Positions 60,234-64,000 of a DNA stretch of 64,000 bases are shown here, in pieces. The notes under the pieces are model-generated. The model did not search any database, was not told where the DNA came from, and worked only from the letters and a program-made list of their open reading frames with translations. The stretch lies in contig CAITEH010000039.1 of assembly GCA_903891415.1 (NCBI GenBank), forward strand, positions 2,766 to 66,765, in the 5' to 3' direction. The position numbers were made by a program, and so were the translations under genes. Positions within the stretch are counted from its first letter, which is position 1, and each line of letters opens with the position of its first letter. This DNA comes from Candidatus Firestoneibacteriota bacterium (GTDB taxonomy: Bacteria; Oederibacteriota; D2-FULL-39-29).

Positions 60234-60680
60234 TTAAACTCTTCTTTTCTTCCTTGGCCTGCACCCGTTATGAGGGATAGGCGTAACATCTTTTATTAAA
60301 GTAATTTTCAGCCCGGCAGTCTGTAAGGCTCTAATTGCTGATTCCCTGCCCGAACCCGGGCCTTTTACAAATACTTCCACGTGCGTAAAGCCTTTATCTA
60401 CGGCCTTCTTGGCGGCATTCTCTGCCGCGAGCTGGGCCGCGAAGGGTGTACCTTTTCTTGAACCTTTGAACCCGGCGCTGCCGGAGGAGGCCCAAGCAGC
60501 TACCTTCCCGGAAGTATCAGATAAGGAAACTATCGTATTGTTAAAACTCGAAAAAATATGAGCAATACCTTTTTTCATCGCCTTGCTTTCCGGTTTTCTC
60601 GCCTCTTTCACGTAACCGGGAGCTGCGGGGGCGGGTACAGGAGCCGCCTGCGGTTTGATATCTTTTTTTGCTTCATCCAT
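60234..60680 (-). CDS. rpsK: 30S ribosomal protein S11 (with an Ala/Pro-rich N-terminal extension if the track start is used)
   Basis: Core [18 protein letters not shown]... The true start may be the internal ATG (MKKGIAHIF). Confidence 0.9.
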   Translation of the reverse strand: MDEAKKDIKPQAAPVPAPAAPGYVKEARKPESKAMKKGIAHIFSSFNNTIVSLSDTSGKVAAWASSGSAGFKGSRKGTPFAAQLAAENAAKKAVDKGFTHVEVFVKGPGSGRESAIRALQTAGLKITLIKDVTPIPHNGCRPRKKRRV

Positions 60681-60720
60681 TGAAATTATCTCCTTATTTC
60701 TCTAAACTCGCCTTCTTAAT

Positions 60721-61122
60721 TTACTTCTTTGCCGTATTGTCTATCATGGCTTTGACTTCTTTTCTCATAACTCCGACTGTCTTTCTCTTTCCTTTTCTTG
60801 TTCTTGAGTTAGTCCTCGTCCTTTGGCCTCTTACCGGCAAACCGCGCTTGTGCCTGAGTCCTCTGTAAGTACCTATATCAATAAGACGCTTAATATTCAT
60901 GGCAACGTCCCGGCGCAGGTCACCCTCAACCCTTATACGCTGCAGGGCTTCTCTTATCTTCTTTATATCACCTTCGGTCAATTCATGGACCTTGGTCCCG
61001 GGATTAACACCCGTTTCTTTTAAAATTTTTTGGGCGGTAGCTCTGCCCACGCCAAAAATATAACAAAGCGCAATTTCAATTCTTTTGTTCCTCTGCAAAT
61101 CAACGCCAGCGATCCTAGCCAA
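60721..61122 (-). CDS. rpsM: 30S ribosomal protein S13
   Basis: [19 protein letters not shown].. Confidence 0.95.
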   Translation of the reverse strand: MARIAGVDLQRNKRIEIALCYIFGVGRATAQKILKETGVNPGTKVHELTEGDIKKIREALQRIRVEGDLRRDVAMNIKRLIDIGTYRGLRHKRGLPVRGQRTRTNSRTRKGKRKTVGVMRKEVKAMIDNTAKK

Positions 61123-61141
61123 TTTACTCCTCCTTGGAATA

Positions 61142-61255
61142 TTACCCCTGTCTCTGTTTATGTTTGGGGTTAGAGCAAAGCACTCTCACAACACCCTTTC
61201 TTTTAACTACAGAACATTTATCACAGATCTTTTTTACCGATGATCTTACTTTCAT
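61142..61255 (-). CDS. rpmJ: 50S ribosomal protein L36 (37 aa). It is absent from the supplied ORF track because it is short.
   Basis: The reverse complement of 61142-61255 translates to [37 protein letters not shown]. The CxxC...C..H zinc ribbon and the family consensus are matched. Confidence 0.9.
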   Translation of the reverse strand: MKVRSSVKKICDKCSVVKRKGVVRVLCSNPKHKQRQG

Positions 61256-61260
61256 TTTCC

Positions 61261-61479
61261 CTACCCTATTCTATACGTTATTCTGCCCCTGGTAAGATCG
61301 TAAGGTGAAAGCTCAAGCTTTACCCGATCTCCGGGTATCAGACGGATGAAATGCATCCTCATCTTGCCCGAAATATGGGCTAATACCTTATGGCCTTTGT
61401 CAAGTTCCACCCGAAACATAGCGTTCGGCAGCGACTCAATTATCTTTCCTTCGACCTCTATATTGCCTTCTTTTGCCAT
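61261..61479 (-). CDS. infA: Translation initiation factor IF-1
   Basis: 72 aa S1-like protein: [26 protein letters not shown]... Confidence 0.95.
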   Translation of the reverse strand: MAKEGNIEVEGKIIESLPNAMFRVELDKGHKVLAHISGKMRMHFIRLIPGDRVKLELSPYDLTRGRITYRIG

Positions 61480-61490
61480 AGTCCCTTTTT

Positions 61491-62237
61491 TTAAAGCCTT
61501 GATAAAACCTCGGCTTTCCCGTCAACTATTGCTATCGTATGCTCAAAGTGGGCCGATAATTTCCGGTCTTTTGTAACCACTGTCCATCTATCATTTAGTA
61601 TTTCAACTTCAGCACTGCCCGCATTAAGCATGGGCTCAAGGCAAAAAACCATTCCTTCTTTTAGCCTTAGGCCCGTCCCGGCTTTTCCAAAGTTAGTCAC
61701 CTGCGGATCTTCATGCAGGTTCCTGCCGATGCCGTGCCCGGTGAAATCCCGGACCACCGTAAATCCGTTAACTTCAGCATATTGCTGTACCGCGTTTGAT
61801 ATATCCCCTATCCTGCTGCCTTCAATAACCCGGTCTATACCGGCACAAAGAGCTTTTTTAGTAACTTCTTTAATTTTCTCAGCTTCTAAAGAGATCTTGC
61901 CGACTGCGTAGGTTTCGGTTACATCTCCGTGGAAGCCTTCTTTAAAAACGCCCACATCAACTTTTAAAAGGTCGCCCTCTTGCAGCTTCCTGAGCCCCGG
62001 GATACCGTGGACCACCTCTTCGTTCAAAGAGGTACAGATACTCGCGGGATAACCCCGGTAGCCCTTAAAACTGGGTTGCCCTCCCCTCTCTTTAATAAAG
62101 GCTTCTGCTATTCTATCAAGTTCTCCGGTGGTAATTCCCGGGAATATTTCTTTTTCAATTCTTTTTAGCACTTCCGCGGCTATTCTTGAGCTGACTTTCA
62201 TCTGCTCTATTTCCGCTTTTGTTTTTAAGATCAGCAT
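61491..62237 (-). CDS. map: Methionine aminopeptidase, type I
   Basis: 248 aa pita-bread fold with the metal ligands D..D..H..E..E in conserved blocks. Confidence 0.9.
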   Translation of the reverse strand: MLILKTKAEIEQMKVSSRIAAEVLKRIEKEIFPGITTGELDRIAEAFIKERGGQPSFKGYRGYPASICTSLNEEVVHGIPGLRKLQEGDLLKVDVGVFKEGFHGDVTETYAVGKISLEAEKIKEVTKKALCAGIDRVIEGSRIGDISNAVQQYAEVNGFTVVRDFTGHGIGRNLHEDPQVTNFGKAGTGLRLKEGMVFCLEPMLNAGSAEVEILNDRWTVVTKDRKLSAHFEHTIAIVDGKAEVLSRL

Positions 62238-62893
62238 TATTTGATTTTTTGTTCCATAACGATCTTTTTAAAAGCTTTTACCATTTCCAAGACACCGTTA
62301 TCCGCTGCCAATTCCGTAAGTAAGCCCTTTTTGGCGTAATAATTAATTAAAGGTTGAGTGTCTTTTGCATAGACCTGTAAACGGTTCCGTATAGTAGCTT
62401 CATTATCATCGGCCCGCTGGTAGAGCTCGCCGCCGCAAAAATCACAGATACCGGGTTTTTTAGAATGTGACGAAAACAGGTTAAAATTTCCCCCGCATTT
62501 TCTGCAGACCCTTCTATTGGTCAGCCGCTTTACAATAAGTTCTTCAGAAACAACAAGATCTATGACAAGATCTATCTTGTACCCCAGCTCTTCCGTTATC
62601 TTAAAAAGTTCTTCCGCCTGATTAATGGTCCTTGGAAAGCCATCAAGCATAAAACCTTTTTTACAGTCATTTTGTTTTACTCTGTTCCTTAATAGTTCAT
62701 TAATAATCTGATCCGAGACCAGAGCACCCCTGGCCATTATTTCTTTTGCCTTAAGCCCCAGGGGCGTGCAGTCTTTTACTTCTTTGCGGAGCATGTCCCC
62801 GGTGGAAATTTTGGGAATACCAAGTTCTTTAACAAGAGCATCCGAGAGGGTTCCTTTCCCTGCGCCCGGAGCACCCAAAATTATTATATTCAT
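62237..62893 (-). CDS. adk: Adenylate kinase (long form with zinc-binding lid)
   Basis: P-loop GAPGAGKGT. The lid has CRKCG...CDFCG. Confidence 0.95.
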   Translation of the reverse strand: MNIIILGAPGAGKGTLSDALVKELGIPKISTGDMLRKEVKDCTPLGLKAKEIMARGALVSDQIINELLRNRVKQNDCKKGFMLDGFPRTINQAEELFKITEELGYKIDLVIDLVVSEELIVKRLTNRRVCRKCGGNFNLFSSHSKKPGICDFCGGELYQRADDNEATIRNRLQVYAKDTQPLINYYAKKGLLTELAADNGVLEMVKAFKKIVMEQKIK

Positions 62894-64000
62894 TAAAATC
62901 CCGCTCTGCTTTTCAATTTACTGTCTTTCATGAATCCATCATAGTGGCGCATTAAAAGATGCGATTCTATCTGTTTCATGGTATCAAGCGCGACGCCGAC
63001 AACGATCAATAATGATGTTCCCCCAAAATAGAACGGTATATTTACCGTCCTCATAAGAATATCCGGAAGAACGGCTATTGCCGCGATGGAAACAGCTCCG
63101 ACAAGAGTTATTCTGGTCAGAGTAAAATCAATAAATTTTGCCGTCGGTTCCCCGGGACGAACACCCGGAATAAAACCTCCGTATTTTTTGATATTCTCGG
63201 CTACATCAACAGGATTGAACACTACAGCCGTATAGAAAAAACAGAAGAATATTACAAGTCCCGCGTAAAGCACCAAATAAACCGGTGCTCCCGGCGACAA
63301 CCAATTGACGATTGCTTCAAAAAAAACATTATCATTGAACGGTTTAGCTATCATTGCCGGCACCGAAAGAACGGAAGAAGCAAAAATTATGGCAATAACT
63401 CCAGAAAAATCTACCTTTAACGGAAGATAAGTTGAGGCCCCTCCGTAAACTTTGCGGCCGACAACCCTCTGAGCATATTGTACCGGAATTCTCCGTGCCG
63501 CGGTCTGTATTAAGACAACAAAAGCTATAATGATCAGCATACCCGCCGCAACCGCGATAACGGTTACAAGAGAAAGCGCATCCTGTTGAATTAGTTTTAT
63601 TGTATTGATAATTTCAGCTGGGATCCTGGCTACTATACCCGCAAAAATTATCATAGACATTCCGTTACCGATACCTTTTTCAGTTATGCGCTCTCCGAGC
63701 CATACTAAAAACATTGTGCCCGTTGTAAGCGTGAGTACGGTCATAAGCTGGAAACTGATATTCCAACTGTTAACTATACCTCTTCCGATACTGTGCATTA
63801 AAAAAGTCATACTCCAGGCCTGTATGGCGCAAAGCGCTACCGCGCCGTATCTGGTGTATTGATTTATCTTCTTTCTGCCGGCATCACCTTCTTTTGCCAG
63901 TTTTTCAAGCGCGGGTATTACAGGAGTAAGAAGCTGCATAATAATAGAAGAACTTATATAAGGCATAACCCCCAGCGCGCAGACCGAAAATGTTTTAAAA
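62893..64000 (-). CDS. secY: Preprotein translocase SecY (N-terminus beyond the window edge)
   Basis: The ORF stays open to position 64000 (..[24 protein letters not shown]..). 10-TM SecY blocks. Confidence 0.9.
   Translation of the reverse strand, partial: FKTFSVCALGVMPYISSSIIMQLLTPVIPALEKLAKEGDAGRKKINQYTRYGAVALCAIQAWSMTFLMHSIGRGIVNSWNISFQLMTVLTLTTGTMFLVWLGERITEKGIGNGMSMIIFAGIVARIPAEIINTIKLIQQDALSLVTVIAVAAGMLIIIAFVVLIQTAARRIPVQYAQRVVGRKVYGGASTYLPLKVDFSGVIAIIFASSVLSVPAMIAKPFNDNVFFEAIVNWLSPGAPVYLVLYAGLVIFFCFFYTAVVFNPVDVAENIKKYGGFIPGVRPGEPTAKFIDFTLTRITLVGAVSIAAIAVLPDILMRTVNIPFYFGGTSLLIVVGVALDTMKQIESHLLMRHYDGFMKDSKLKSRAGF

Overview
This 64 kb window looks like a core chromosomal segment of a bacterium, not an accessory island. 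Almost every gene is on the minus strand, packed tightly with many 1-4 nt stop/start overlaps. Genome family and organism cannot be determined from the sequence alone.

From the high-coordinate end to the low end, the window contains:
- a ribosomal-protein/secY cluster: secY (partial at the window edge), adk, map, infA, rpmJ, rpsM, rpsK, rpsD, rpoA, rplQ
- dprA, topA and a XerC/D recombinase
- an arginine cluster: argB, an alpha/beta hydrolase, argD, argF, argG, then argH after a terminator
- guaA, a detached atpG-atpD-atpC block, prfB with its programmed +1 frameshift, and smc
- the rimP-nusA-infB-rbfA-nrnA-HU operon, which runs on into a CARDB-repeat surface protein, yggS and proC
- a sulfur amino acid neighbourhood: mtnA, a PNP/MTAP-family phosphorylase, tRNA-Thr, an Rrf2 regulator with cysK, and metY / HydE-like radical SAM / metX / metW
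- a split type-VII ABC efflux system: ATPase, TolC, membrane fusion protein and two paralogous permeases
- xseA-xseB-ispA-dxs-nadK-recN, iscS/nifS coupled to an unknown membrane protein, cspA, acpS, and a plus-strand phosphohexomutase

No mobile elements, CRISPR arrays or defence genes were seen.

The most unusual items are:
- a bona fide HydE-like radical SAM maturase embedded in a methionine-biosynthesis operon with no hydrogenase genes in view
- a dispersed 9-bp-periodic intergenic repeat family (GTCCGTAAG-like) at three loci, one of them a palindromic array
- a consensus sigma70 promoter followed about 60 nt later by an intrinsic terminator in the leader of the rimP-nusA-infB operon
- an alpha/beta hydrolase inside an arginine operon that lacks argE and argJ
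- a naturally truncated ATP synthase epsilon subunit
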